From IMG/VR virus record IMGVR_UViG_3300030376_000674, positions 1 through 53,522 of that record: DNA of 53,522 bases; one strand, written 5' to 3'. Source of the stretch: a virus. Taxonomy: Duplodnaviria; Caudoviricetes. Position numbers and translations under genes: made by a program. Positions 36,412 to 47,200 of this stretch are shown here, piece after piece. Within the stretch, counting starts at the first letter, position 1; each line of letters opens with the position of its first letter. A model generated the notes under the pieces. It was not told where the DNA came from. It saw only the letters and a program-made list of their open reading frames with translations, and ran no database searches.

Positions 36412-38571
36412 ATGGCAGACAAAGACAACACATTACTAAATGCAGATGAAATCTACATGGATGTAGAAGGTGAGTCTGGTCAGCAATTAGAATTAGAAGA
36501 TGACCAAAAGTTAAATCTTGTAGGTATAATAAACTCTAGGTTCGACTCTGCCGAGGATGCTAGAAACTCTGACGAGAAACGTTGGATTACAGCATTTGAG
36601 AACTACAGGGGTTTATACAAAAAGAATCAAAAATTCAGGGAATCTGAAAAATCACGTGTCTTCGTTAAAATTACAAAAACTAAAGTCCTTGCTGCCTTTG
36701 GACAGTTAGTTGATGTTATTTTTGGGACAGGTAAGTTTCCTATTGGTATATCGGAAACCAGAATACCTGAAGGAGAGTTAGCTCAAGCACATCTTGATAT
36801 TAACAATCCACAACCTGGTATAGAAACTAGTGAACCTCAAGAAATACCTGATGATATAGGTAATCGTATAGATGACCCTTATGATGTAGGTTATGAAGGT
36901 GACGGCAGAGTATTAGGCCCAGGCTCTACCTTTATGCAAGGAGAAGTGTCTGAACCTATTGAAGACCAAGTTCCATTAAAAGAAGGAGCTATACCTATAC
37001 CTAATATTCCAGAGGTCAATCCAGCACAAGAAGCTGCTAGGAGAATGGAACGTTTAGTCCATGACCAAATAGAAGAATCAAACGGTTCTTCAGAGATTAG
37101 AAATGCTTTATTAGAAGCAGCTTTATTAGGTACAGGAATTGTCAAAGGCCCATTTAATTTTAATAAAAGATTAAATAAATGGACTACTACTCCTCAAGGA
37201 AGAGAGTATAGTCCTATAGATGTGAGAGTACCTCGCATAGAGTTTGTAAGTTGTTGGGACTTTTATCCTGACCCTTCAGCTACAGACATGGATGAATGTG
37301 AATATGTAATTCATAGACACAGAATGAATCGTAGTCAAATAAGAGCATTAAGAAACATGCCTTACTTTGATGAAGATGCAATTAGAGAATGTCTACAACA
37401 AGGGCCAAACTATGTAGACAGAGGTTATGAATCTCATTTAAGAGATGATAACAATGCTTACGATACTGAAACAACATTTGAAGTATTGGAATATTGGGGC
37501 ATCATGGATGCTGAATATGCTAAAGAAGCAGGCATTGAATTACCAGATGATATAGACGAACTAGATGAAGTTCAAATAAATGCATGGGTATGTGGAAACA
37601 AATTACTTAGAGCAGTAGTTAATCCATTTACACCATTTAGATTACCATATAATGCATTTCCGTATGAACGTAACCCTTACAACTTTTTTGGTATAGGTGT
37701 TGCTGAAAATATGGATGACTCACAGCAGATTATGAATGGTCATGCAAGAATGGCTATTGATAATCTAGCTTTAGCAGGCTCATTAGTTTTTGATGTTGAT
37801 GAATCTGCTCTTGTCGGAGGACAGAATATGGAAGTTTATCCAGGCAAAGTATTCAGAAGACAAGCTGGAATGCCTGGTCAATCAATATATGGATTAAAGT
37901 TTCCAAATACTGCACCTGAAAACATGATGATGTTTGACAGGTTTAGACAGTTAGCTGACGAACAAACAGGAATACCTAGTTATTCACACGGTCAAACAGG
38001 TGTTCAGAGTATGACAAGGACTGCTTCAGGTATGTCCATGCTACTAGGAGCATCAAGTTTAAATATTAAAACTGTTATCAAGAACCTTGATGACTTTTTA
38101 TTAAAACCTTTAGGAGAAGCTTACTATCAATGGAACATGCAGTTCCATGAAGGTGACTTAGATATAGAGGGCGATTTAGAAGTTAAAGCTACTGGTACTA
38201 ATAGCTTGATGCAGAAAGAAGTTAGAAGTCAAAGACTTACTATGTTCTTACAAACTGCACAAAATCCTGCTATTGCACCGTTTGTTAAGATTTCTAAATT
38301 GGTTAGTGAACTTGCCTACAGCTTGGATTTAGACCCAGATGAAATTCTGAACGACCCTGAAGAAGCTGCATTGATGGCACAAATAATAGGAATGCAAAAT
38401 GCTGGACAAAACGTTAGCGAAGAAGCTCAACCCCCTGGTCAACCATCCCCAATGGGAGGGATTCAAGGAGTACCTCAAGAACCAGCAGGACTTGATAGTC
38501 AAGGAACTGGTGGTGGCACAATCGGAACAGGTAATGTACCGACTCCAGGGGAAGATGAATTTGCTGGATAA
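36412..38571 (+). CDS. Portal protein
   Basis: 719 aa after terL; GTGIVKGP, DFYPDP.A, FFGIGV.E, RTASGMSML; disordered tail. Confidence 0.88.
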   Translation: MADKDNTLLNADEIYMDVEGESGQQLELEDDQKLNLVGIINSRFDSAEDARNSDEKRWITAFENYRGLYKKNQKFRESEKSRVFVKITKTKVLAAFGQLVDVIFGTGKFPIGISETRIPEGELAQAHLDINNPQPGIETSEPQEIPDDIGNRIDDPYDVGYEGDGRVLGPGSTFMQGEVSEPIEDQVPLKEGAIPIPNIPEVNPAQEAARRMERLVHDQIEESNGSSEIRNALLEAALLGTGIVKGPFNFNKRLNKWTTTPQGREYSPIDVRVPRIEFVSCWDFYPDPSATDMDECEYVIHRHRMNRSQIRALRNMPYFDEDAIRECLQQGPNYVDRGYESHLRDDNNAYDTETTFEVLEYWGIMDAEYAKEAGIELPDDIDELDEVQINAWVCGNKLLRAVVNPFTPFRLPYNAFPYERNPYNFFGIGVAENMDDSQQIMNGHARMAIDNLALAGSLVFDVDESALVGGQNMEVYPGKVFRRQAGMPGQSIYGLKFPNTAPENMMMFDRFRQLADEQTGIPSYSHGQTGVQSMTRTASGMSMLLGASSLNIKTVIKNLDDFLLKPLGEAYYQWNMQFHEGDLDIEGDLEVKATGTNSLMQKEVRSQRLTMFLQTAQNPAIAPFVKISKLVSELAYSLDLDPDEILNDPEEAALMAQIIGMQNAGQNVSEEAQPPGQPSPMGGIQGVPQEPAGLDSQGTGGGTIGTGNVPTPGEDEFAG

Positions 38572-38626
38572 CTTAGAAAGTTTACCAGAAAAAGTAAAAG
38601 AAGCATTAACTAGAGGAGAACAATAA
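38399..38626 (+). CDS. Small head-module protein overlapping the portal 3' end
   Basis: Helical 75 aa with W..F.EYL and YRLQG; its stop is coupled to the next ATG. Confidence 0.65.
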   Translation: MLDKTLAKKLNPLVNHPQWEGFKEYLKNQQDLIVKELVVAQSEQVMYRLQGKMNLLDNLESLPEKVKEALTRGEQ

Positions 38627-38802
38627 TGTTAGATTTATTAGATACAATTTTAAAAATAGTTGGAGTAGTTCCATGGATAGTTTCAATCTGTTCATTGATT
38701 GCTTCATTAACACCAACACCTGCTGATGATAAATTAGTAGGTAAGGCTTACAAAATTATTGATTGGTTTGCCCTTAACATAGGAAGAGCCAAGGAGAAGT
38801 AA
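38626..38802 (+). CDS. Small membrane protein, holin-like, 58 aa (not in ORF track)
   Basis: MLDLLDTILKIVGVVPWIVSICSLIASLTPTPADDKLVGKAYKIIDWFALNIGRAKEK; GAGGAG RBS. Confidence 0.7.
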   Translation: MLDLLDTILKIVGVVPWIVSICSLIASLTPTPADDKLVGKAYKIIDWFALNIGRAKEK

Positions 38803-38803
38803 G

Positions 38804-39466
38804 ATGGCAAGTATTTTATCACCAGACGAAATAAAAGATTTACCTAACGAAGGACTACAAAAGCTTGCAAAAGAAGCTCCTGAAGTAGTTAAGAAGATGG
38901 GTTTTAAAGAAGGTGGTGTAGCTATTATGATTGCACCAAAAGAGATGGAAGAGGAAATGCCAGAAGCAGAACCTATGAAATCTGATGAACAAATGGAAAA
39001 CGATTATCTAGACTTTGTTGTAGAAGAATCTTTATCCGAAAGTGAAGAAAAATACTTATTAGAAAAATTAGAACAAGATGACAGACTTAGCATGATTTTT
39101 GATAAAGTCATGGAAGTCGCAACAGAATTTGCTGGGTCAGGCCCTGTAGAAGGCCCTGGCTCAGGAGTCTCCGATTCGATACCTGCTAGGTTATCGGATG
39201 GAGAGTTTGTCTTTACTGCGAAAGCAACTAAAGAAATCGGAGCTGATAACCTTCAGAGAATGATGGAAGAAGCCGAGAGTAAAGCAGATGCACCAATGGA
39301 AAGACAAGCAAGAAGAGCTGGTGGGTACATGATGGATGATGTTAGAGAGGAGACAATCCAAGCTACTGACCCTGAAAAAACTTACGACTTGAATAAAGCA
39401 GAAGTTGAAGATACTGAAAAGAGAATCGCTGATGCTATGATTTCAGGTGGTATACCCATCAGATAA
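38804..39466 (+). CDS. Acidic head-module protein
   Basis: Contains GPGSGVSDSIPARLSDGEFV, a motif type common in phage virion proteins; AGGAG RBS. Confidence 0.7.
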   Translation: MASILSPDEIKDLPNEGLQKLAKEAPEVVKKMGFKEGGVAIMIAPKEMEEEMPEAEPMKSDEQMENDYLDFVVEESLSESEEKYLLEKLEQDDRLSMIFDKVMEVATEFAGSGPVEGPGSGVSDSIPARLSDGEFVFTAKATKEIGADNLQRMMEEAESKADAPMERQARRAGGYMMDDVREETIQATDPEKTYDLNKAEVEDTEKRIADAMISGGIPIR

Positions 39467-39472
39467 TAAACC

Positions 39473-39574
39473 GTAGGCTACCTATCATTCGATAGCCCCT
39501 ACATAAACACCAGAAAGGCTACCTTTACAACAAGCCCTCTTGTCGACAAAGAGCTACCTTGTAACGAAGCCCTG
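39473..39574 (+). promoter_or_regulatory. Triple GCTACCT..AGCCC structured leader of the scaffold gene
   Basis: Three units at about 39477-98, 39518-37 and 39553-72, with flanking stems. Confidence 0.6.
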
Positions 39575-39589
39575 AGTAAGGAGAGAAAA

Positions 39590-40480
39590 ATGGCAACTGA
39601 ACAAGTCGCACAAAATGAGGAACAAGCCAATCCTTATAACCAAAAAAAATCTTGGCATAAACCTGATGACAAAAAGTTTGTCTCAGCAGATGATAGTTTA
39701 TTCTTTGAGCAACCTCAGAATAAATTATTCGACAGTAACGACATAACTCAAGCTGAGAATGTTAATACTGAGGAGTTAGAATCTAAGAAACAGGAGTTAT
39801 CTACAGATACTCCTTATAGTAGGCCTGACTGGAAGAAACGTTATGATGACATGAAACGTCATTATGACAGTAAACTAGAAGAGTGGAAGTCTAAAGAACA
39901 AGAGTTGGCACAAGCAGCGAAAGCTCAGTATCAACCTCCAAAGACTTTAGAAGAACTTGAAAAGTTTAAACAGGAACATCCTGATTTTTATGCAGTTGCA
40001 GAAACTGTAGCTCATTTACAAAGCAATGAGAGAGTTCAAGATTTAGAACAAACTATTGCAGATATGAGAAATAATGAAATCAAGATGAAGAAAGGTCAAG
40101 CTGAAGTTAGATTGAGAGAAAGACATCCTGACTTTGATGATATTCGCAATAGCGATGATTTTCATAGTTGGGCTAAAGAACAACCTCAGTCTATCCAGGA
40201 TTGGATTTACTCAAATGCTGACGATGCAGACTTAGCATCAAGAGCTTTAGATTTATTTAAAAAGGATTTAGGAATAGAACTCCCAAGTGTGAAGCCAGTT
40301 TCTCAAAAGCCTGTTCAATCTGCTGCTGATATGGTATCAACTAAAACAACAACAGTTGACCCTAAGCAGGAGAGAGTATGGACAGAAAAGGAGATAAATG
40401 CCTTAAGCATGGATGAATTTGATAAATACGAAAAGGAAATATCAGAGGCCATGCAGTCAGGTAGAATTATCAGAGATTAA
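39590..40480 (+). CDS. Capsid scaffolding protein
   Basis: Charged and helical; WKKRYDD, HPDF, F.SW; between portal and capsid. Confidence 0.8.
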   Translation: MATEQVAQNEEQANPYNQKKSWHKPDDKKFVSADDSLFFEQPQNKLFDSNDITQAENVNTEELESKKQELSTDTPYSRPDWKKRYDDMKRHYDSKLEEWKSKEQELAQAAKAQYQPPKTLEELEKFKQEHPDFYAVAETVAHLQSNERVQDLEQTIADMRNNEIKMKKGQAEVRLRERHPDFDDIRNSDDFHSWAKEQPQSIQDWIYSNADDADLASRALDLFKKDLGIELPSVKPVSQKPVQSAADMVSTKTTTVDPKQERVWTEKEINALSMDEFDKYEKEISEAMQSGRIIRD

Positions 40481-40507
40481 CTATATTAACTTAAAGGAGT
40501 AAGTATC

Positions 40508-41482
40508 ATGGCTCAATATTTTGAACCTTCAACAGATACCGATGCTAACTTTGCTAACTCCGTAAGTGGACAAGCTAATAGTTATTTCTTACCTTCCGTT
40601 TACTCTAGAAAGGTTTTAAACTTTTTCAGAAAAGCGAGTGTGGTAGAAGCTATTACAAACACCGACTATGCTGGTGAAATATCTGCTTATGGAGACTCAG
40701 TAAAGATTATCAAAGAACCAGTAATCTCAGTATCAGATTATACTAGAGGTTCTGACACTTCTGCTACTAAGTTGACAGACCAAGAGTTAAACCTTGTTGT
40801 TGATAGTGCTAAAGCTTTCAAATTCATCGTAGATGATATTGAAACTAACATGTCACATGTAAACTTCAAGGAAGTTGCATCTTCAAGTGCAGCTTATGCT
40901 CTAAAAGATTCATACGATGCTGCTGTTATAGCATCTATGTTCTCTGGTGTATCAGCTTCAAGCCCAGACCATATTATTGGTTCTGATAGTGCAACAGCAG
41001 ATGCAACAATGTCTCATGCAACTAATTCAGTCGACCTATTAGGTTCAGACGGAACTGGTGTTGATGCATTAGACTTAATGGCTAGAATGGCTAGAAAATT
41101 AGACGACCAAAATGTACCTGAAGAAGGTAGATGGTTCGTTGCACCACCTCAGTTCTACGAAGAGCTAGGTAAATCTGGTTCAAAGCTATTGTCAGTTGAC
41201 TTCAATGCAGGTCAAGGTTCTATTAGAAATGGCTTAGTATCAAGTGGAAAACTAAGAGGATTTGATATGTACAAATCTAACAACATTGCTGCTACATCAA
41301 ATGCAAGTGGTAAAGTTTTAGCTGGACATATCAGTTCAACAGCTACTGCTAATACAATCCTTTCAACAGAAGTTATCAGAGACCCAAGTTCTTTTGGTGA
41401 CATCGTGAGAGGTCTTCATGTCTACGGAGCAAAAGTTCTTAGACCAGAAGCATTAGTAAGTGCTTTCTACGTTATTGACTAA
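40508..41482 (+). CDS. Major capsid protein
   Basis: 324 aa; ITNTDY.GEI...GDSVKI, LD.QNVP.EGRW.V, FGDIVRGLHVYGAKVLRP; strong RBS; terminator after. Confidence 0.9.
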   Translation: MAQYFEPSTDTDANFANSVSGQANSYFLPSVYSRKVLNFFRKASVVEAITNTDYAGEISAYGDSVKIIKEPVISVSDYTRGSDTSATKLTDQELNLVVDSAKAFKFIVDDIETNMSHVNFKEVASSSAAYALKDSYDAAVIASMFSGVSASSPDHIIGSDSATADATMSHATNSVDLLGSDGTGVDALDLMARMARKLDDQNVPEEGRWFVAPPQFYEELGKSGSKLLSVDFNAGQGSIRNGLVSSGKLRGFDMYKSNNIAATSNASGKVLAGHISSTATANTILSTEVIRDPSSFGDIVRGLHVYGAKVLRPEALVSAFYVID

Positions 41483-41491
41483 TAACAACTA

Positions 41492-41519
41492 GGGGGAGTC
41501 TTCGGACTCCTCCACTTTT
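41492..41519 (+). terminator. Terminator after the capsid gene
   Basis: GGGGGAGTC-TTCG-GACTCCTCC then a T-rich tail. Confidence 0.8.
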
Positions 41520-41535
41520 AATTTAGGGGAAACAA

Positions 41536-41676
41536 ATGTACGGAAAAGAAAAAAGAATGAAGAAGATGGGTGGTGGTTATAACATGCCTCGTAAGAAAAA
41601 AGGTCATGGTGGCAAAATGAAAAGAGCTATGTATGGTCACGGTGGCGAAGTAATGCCTAAAGCTAAACCTTGCTAA
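41536..41676 (+). CDS. Small basic Gly/Met-rich protein, 46 aa (not in ORF track)
   Basis: MYGKEKRMKKMGGGYNMPRKKKGHGGKMKRAMYGHGGEVMPKAKPC; GGGGA RBS. Confidence 0.7.
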   Translation: MYGKEKRMKKMGGGYNMPRKKKGHGGKMKRAMYGHGGEVMPKAKPC

Positions 41677-41677
41677 T

Positions 41678-41824
41678 ATGAAAGTTAAAGCACCCAAAGG
41701 CTACCATTGGATGAAACAACCCAAAGGTGGTTATAAATTAATGAAACATTCAGGTAAGTTTGTAAAACATAAAGGAGCAAGCTTAACTGCTAACTTTGCA
41801 ATACAAAAGGTACATAAAAAATAA
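41678..41824 (+). CDS. Small basic protein, 48 aa (not in ORF track)
   Basis: MKVKAPKGYHWMKQPKGGYKLMKHSGKFVKHKGASLTANFAIQKVHKK; stop overlaps next ATG. Confidence 0.7.
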   Translation: MKVKAPKGYHWMKQPKGGYKLMKHSGKFVKHKGASLTANFAIQKVHKK

Positions 41825-42591
41825 TGGCTACGACATATTTAGAATTAACAAACCAAGCATTAAGAGAACTCAATGAAATACCTTTAACATCTGCTAACTT
41901 TGCAGGTGCTGTAGGTTTACAACAGTTTGTTAAAGATTCTATAAATAAGTCGATTTTTGATATTGCTAATGAAGAACCTCAGTTACCTTTCTTTAGTGCT
42001 GGAGTTAGTGGAAGTACAGACCCTTTCTATGGGAATGTAACTGTAGCTACTGTAGCAGGACAAAGATGGTATACATTAAAAGCTGGGAGTTCAGATATAA
42101 CAACAGATTATGCCTCAATAGATTGGGATGATTTTTTAGTTACAACAGTAAATGTATCTGGAGAAACTTCTCCATTCGTATCTAAAGGATTAAAGTATAT
42201 AACTTTAGATGAATGGACTAGATATTATAGAGACCAAGAAAATTTAGATGATGCTGATACTCAAGCACGTGGTGAACCAGTTAGAGTATATAGAAGTCCA
42301 GACAATAGAAAGTTTGGCCTAAGTCCTATACCTGACAAAGTTTATAACATTCATTTTTATGCTTATGAAAAGCCAACAGCTTTATCATCACATGGAGACA
42401 CTATAGCTTTTCCAGACCAATACTCAAATGTAATTACAGCTAGAACTAGATACTACGTTTGGCAGTTCAAAGACAGTCCTCAACAGGCAGCTTTTGCTTT
42501 GGAAGATTTTAAAAAGGGAATGAGAAATATGAAAAAGAACCTTTTAAATCCACAGCCTAAGTATATTACTGATGATAGGATTTACTTTTAA
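41824..42591 (+). CDS. Tail tubular protein A / head-tail adaptor
   Basis: TYLEL.N.ALRELNE N-terminus, L.PIPDKVY; position after the capsid gene. Confidence 0.75.
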   Translation: MATTYLELTNQALRELNEIPLTSANFAGAVGLQQFVKDSINKSIFDIANEEPQLPFFSAGVSGSTDPFYGNVTVATVAGQRWYTLKAGSSDITTDYASIDWDDFLVTTVNVSGETSPFVSKGLKYITLDEWTRYYRDQENLDDADTQARGEPVRVYRSPDNRKFGLSPIPDKVYNIHFYAYEKPTALSSHGDTIAFPDQYSNVITARTRYYVWQFKDSPQQAAFALEDFKKGMRNMKKNLLNPQPKYITDDRIYF

Positions 42592-44216
42592 TGGCAAACT
42601 CACAACCGTTTACAGTAGCTTGCGAAGGTGGATTAATAAAATCTACAAACTCGTTAGCTTTATTAAGAACTCCAGGATTTGCTACAAAGCTTAGAAACTT
42701 TGAAGTAGGTACTGAGGGTGGCTATAGACGTGTAAGTGGCTTTACTAGATTTGGTGGAGATGATGCTGTTAATCCTAACGGCACAAATAAAATATTAGGA
42801 TTACAAGTTTATGCAGATGGAGTCATAGCTTGTGCAGGAGATGGGATATTTTTTAGTCAGGACGGAACTAGCTGGCTACAAATAAATAGAACAGGAGTTT
42901 CTTCTAGTGGAGATAACTATACTACCTTTACAGGAAGAAGCACACTAGCTAGGACTAATCAGGGACAATGTTCATTTGATGTCTTTGAAGGTGCTAGTGA
43001 TTTTGGTGATGTCTTAATAGTAGACGGAGCTAATAAACCATTCAGATTTAGAATGGAAGGAACAGGAGTTCTAACAAGTAGAACTTTTATAACAGAGGAG
43101 ATTACAGTAAGTGGAACTGTAGCTCCTAAAGTAGGAACAATCCACGATAAACACTTTGTTGTTGCTGGTGATGCTAGTCAAAAGAACACTATCTTTTTTA
43201 GTGGAGTCAATGAAGTCAACAACTTTAGTGCAGCTACGGCAGGTAATATATCTTTAGAAGATGCTGTAGTTGGAATTAAAAGTTTCCGTAACGAATTATT
43301 TATATTTTGTAGAGAGAGTATTCATAAGTTAATAAATATAAATGATTCAACTTCAATAGCTATCGTACCTGTTACAGATAACGTTGGCTGTTTAGATGGA
43401 CAAAGCATACAGGAGATTGCTGGTGACTTGATATTCTTAGCACCAGATGGTTTCAGAACAGTTGCTGGTACATCAAGAATTGGTGATATTGAGTTAAGTA
43501 GTATTAGTAAACAAATACAGCCTTTAGTGCAAAAGATAGCAGAAAGGATTAACTCATTTACTATTAGTAGTGTCGTTATAGGTGATAGGTCTCAGTATAG
43601 ATTATTTTATGTAGATGCAGGTTCAGACACTACATCAAGTTCTAAAGGAATTATAGGAACATTAAGACCAGGTTCTACTGCTAATCCTACAGCAGGATTT
43701 CAATGGTCAGAAACATTAGGTATTCAATGTCCTGCGATAACAGCAGGTTTTGATAATAACGGACTAGAAAAATATTTCCATGGAGATTTAGAAGGAAGAG
43801 TTTTTAAACATGATGAAGGAAATAGTTTTAATGGTGAAAATGTAATAGCTGAGTATGAAACTCCAAATATTGATTATGGAGATTTAGGTACATTAAAGAC
43901 TTTACATTTTATAAAAATATCTTTTGGCCCAGAGGGTGAAGTAACTCCAGTATTAAGAGTTAGATATAATTATGATGACCCTAATCATCCTCAACCAGCA
44001 GATTATATATTAGATAGAATACCACCTCCATCTTTATTTGGAGAAGCAACATTTGGTATTGGAGCAGTTTTTGGTGCTTCAGAAAAACCATTAGTAAGAC
44101 AACAACTACAAGGGAGTGGACATAGTAACATGTTCAGAATTAGAAGTGACGATACAAAGTCTCCATACACAGTAAATGGATTCTTTGTAGATTACGTACC
44201 TTCAGGCAGGAGATAA
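42591..44216 (+). CDS. Tail tubular protein B / nozzle (beta-propeller)
   Basis: 541 aa beta-rich; GGL...NF....GGYRR..GF, VGC....SIQE..GDLIFLAPDG. Confidence 0.75.
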   Translation: MANSQPFTVACEGGLIKSTNSLALLRTPGFATKLRNFEVGTEGGYRRVSGFTRFGGDDAVNPNGTNKILGLQVYADGVIACAGDGIFFSQDGTSWLQINRTGVSSSGDNYTTFTGRSTLARTNQGQCSFDVFEGASDFGDVLIVDGANKPFRFRMEGTGVLTSRTFITEEITVSGTVAPKVGTIHDKHFVVAGDASQKNTIFFSGVNEVNNFSAATAGNISLEDAVVGIKSFRNELFIFCRESIHKLININDSTSIAIVPVTDNVGCLDGQSIQEIAGDLIFLAPDGFRTVAGTSRIGDIELSSISKQIQPLVQKIAERINSFTISSVVIGDRSQYRLFYVDAGSDTTSSSKGIIGTLRPGSTANPTAGFQWSETLGIQCPAITAGFDNNGLEKYFHGDLEGRVFKHDEGNSFNGENVIAEYETPNIDYGDLGTLKTLHFIKISFGPEGEVTPVLRVRYNYDDPNHPQPADYILDRIPPPSLFGEATFGIGAVFGASEKPLVRQQLQGSGHSNMFRIRSDDTKSPYTVNGFFVDYVPSGRR

Positions 44217-44219
44217 AAA

Positions 44220-47200
44220 ATGGCAGGATATACACGACAAAGTACGTTTTCAGATGGCGATACCATCACAGCAGCAATATTCAATAATGAATATAATGCT
44301 ATAGCGAATGCTTTTCATAACCAAACAGGTCACAAACATGACGGCACAGCAGCCGAAGGGCCAGTTATAGGTGTTATTGGAGATGCAGGGGTAGTTACAC
44401 CTCTTAACAAAGTATTAATAGATACAACTAATGACCACATTGAGTTTTGGATAGATGATTCAAGCAGTTCAGTACAGCAAGTATATATAGGCAATGGAGT
44501 TATTGCTCCTGTCACAGATAGCGACATTGACCTAGGTACAAATGCTTTACGATTCAAAGATGCTTATATAGATACTATTACTACAACAAGTAATGTTTCC
44601 GTAGGTGGAAACCTGACTGTCACAGGTACTACAACACTTAACGGAGGAACATTAACACTAGGAGATGCAGCATCAGATAACGTTGTTTTTGGTGCAGATG
44701 TAGACTCAAGCATTATTCCAGATGATGACGATACGTATGACTTAGGTTCAACAACCCAAGAGTGGAGAAATTTATTTATAGACGGTACTGCTAATATTGA
44801 TAGCTTAGTATTAGGTAGTGGTGTAACTGTTACAAGTATTCTTGATGAAGATGGATTAACTTCTGATAGTGCTAGTGCTTTAGCAACTCAACAATCTATT
44901 AAAGCTTATGTTGATGCTCAGGTAACAGCACAAGACTTAGACTTCCAAGGTGATTCAGGTGGAGCATTATCTATTGACTTAGATAGTGAAACTCTTGATA
45001 TAGCTGGTGGTACAGGTATTGATACAGCAGGTTCTGGTAATACATTAACAGTTGCTATTGATTCTACTGTAGCAACTTTAACAGGTTCACAAACTTTAAC
45101 AAACAAAACAATAGATGTAGATAACAATACGTTATCTAATATAGAAGTAGACAATTTTAAGTCTGGAGTTTTAGATACAGATATATCTTCCGTAGCAGGA
45201 ACAGACACAACACTTGCTTCAGCTAAAGCTATTAAGACTTATGTTGATGCTCAAGTAACAGCTCAAGATTTAGATGCTACTACTGATAGTGGTACAGTTG
45301 CAATAGACCTAGATAGTGAAACATTAACTATTGCAGGTGGAGAAGGTATAGATACTTCAGGTTCTGGTAATACAATTACAATTACAGGTGAACTAGCTAC
45401 AGAAACAAATGCTGGTGTTGCTACTTTTGATGGTACTGACTTTACAGTTTCTTCAGGCGATGTAACTCTAAATGCAGAAAGAATACAAGATATTACTGGG
45501 GCAATGTTCTCAGGAAATACTGAGACAGGTATTGCAATTACTTATGATGATAGTGACGGAACAATAGATGCAGTAGTTAGCTTATCGCCATTTGATACAG
45601 ATAACTTATCAGAAGGCTCAAGTAATTTATATTATACAAATGCTAGAGTAAGAAGTCATATTACAGGTTCTGACCTGGATATGGGTGGTAATAAAGTATT
45701 ATTTGGTAATCTTTATTCTAATGAATCTGATTTACCAAGTGCATCAACATATCATGGTATGTTTGCACACGTTCATGCGACAGGTAAAGGTTACTTTGCA
45801 CACGGTGGTCAATGGCATAAATTATTAGATGAGTCATCTTCTGATACTGGTGATTTAACAGAAGGAAGTAATTTATATTTTACAAATGCTAGAGCAGATG
45901 CTAGAGCAGATGCAAGGATAGCAGCATCTTCAACAGATGACCTATCAGAAGGTTCAAGCAATTTATATCATACAGTAGAAAGAGTACAAGATGTAGTTGG
46001 TGGTATGGTTTCTTCTAATACTGAAAATGGTATTAGTGTAACCTATGACGATAGTGATGGTACTTTAGACTTTGATGTTAATGACCCTACTATTACTTTA
46101 GCAGGAGATGTGACTGGTTCAGCAACAATGACTAACCTAGGTAATGTTTCTATTACTACAACAGTTGCAGCAAACTCAGTTGCTTTAGGTACAGATACAA
46201 CAGGAGATTATGTTGATAGTTTAGTAGCAGGAACTGGTGTTACTTTAACTAATAACTCAGGCGAAAGTGCTACACCTACAGTAGCTATTGGACAAGCAGT
46301 AGAAACAAATTCAAGTGTAACTTTTGGTTCAGTTACAACTACAGGTAATACTACCGTAGGAGGAAATTTAGTTGTAAATGGAACTACGACCACACTTAAT
46401 ACTGCCACTTTAGATGTTGAAGATAATAATATAACACTTAACAAAGGTTCAGGCGATACATCAGGTTCAGCAGATGGTGCAGGTATTACAATTCAAGATG
46501 CTGTTAATTCTTCTACAGATGCAACTATAGCCTGGAGTGCAGCTAATGATAATTTTGTGTTCTCACATGAAGTAGTTGCTCCAAGTTTAGATATATCAGG
46601 TAATGTAGATATTGATGGCACATTAGAAACAGATGCATTAACTATTAATGGTACAGCTTCAGTTCCTTTTGAATCTGCTGACCATAGTAAATTAGATGGT
46701 ATAGAAGCAAATGCAACAGCAGACCAAACTGCTTCTGAGATTAGAGCATTAGTTGAAGCAGCAACAGACTCAAATGTATTCACAGATGCTGACCACACTA
46801 AACTTAATAATATTGAAGCCAATGCTACAGGAGACCAAACTGCTAGTGAAATAAAAGCTTTATATGAAGGTAATTCAGATACAAATGCATTTACTGATGC
46901 AGATGAAAGTAAGTTAGATGGTATAGAAGCAAATGCTACAGCAGACCAAACAGATGAAGAAATACAAGATATAGTAGGTGGAATGCTTACTGGTAATACT
47001 GAAACAGGTATTACTGTTACATATCAAGATAGTGATGGAACAATAGATTTTGTTGTAGCATCTCAGACAGATGAAAACTTTACAACAGCAGACCATGCTA
47101 AATTAGATGGTATAGAAGCTGGAGCTACTGGCGACCAAACAGCAGCAGAAATTAGAGCATTAGTAGAATCTGCTAGTGATTCTAATGTATTTACTGATGC

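Noticed and set aside
39473-39574. Triple repeat as a mini-CRISPR or tRNA
   Set aside because: Units are too short and self-pairing; no cloverleaf or T-loop consensus
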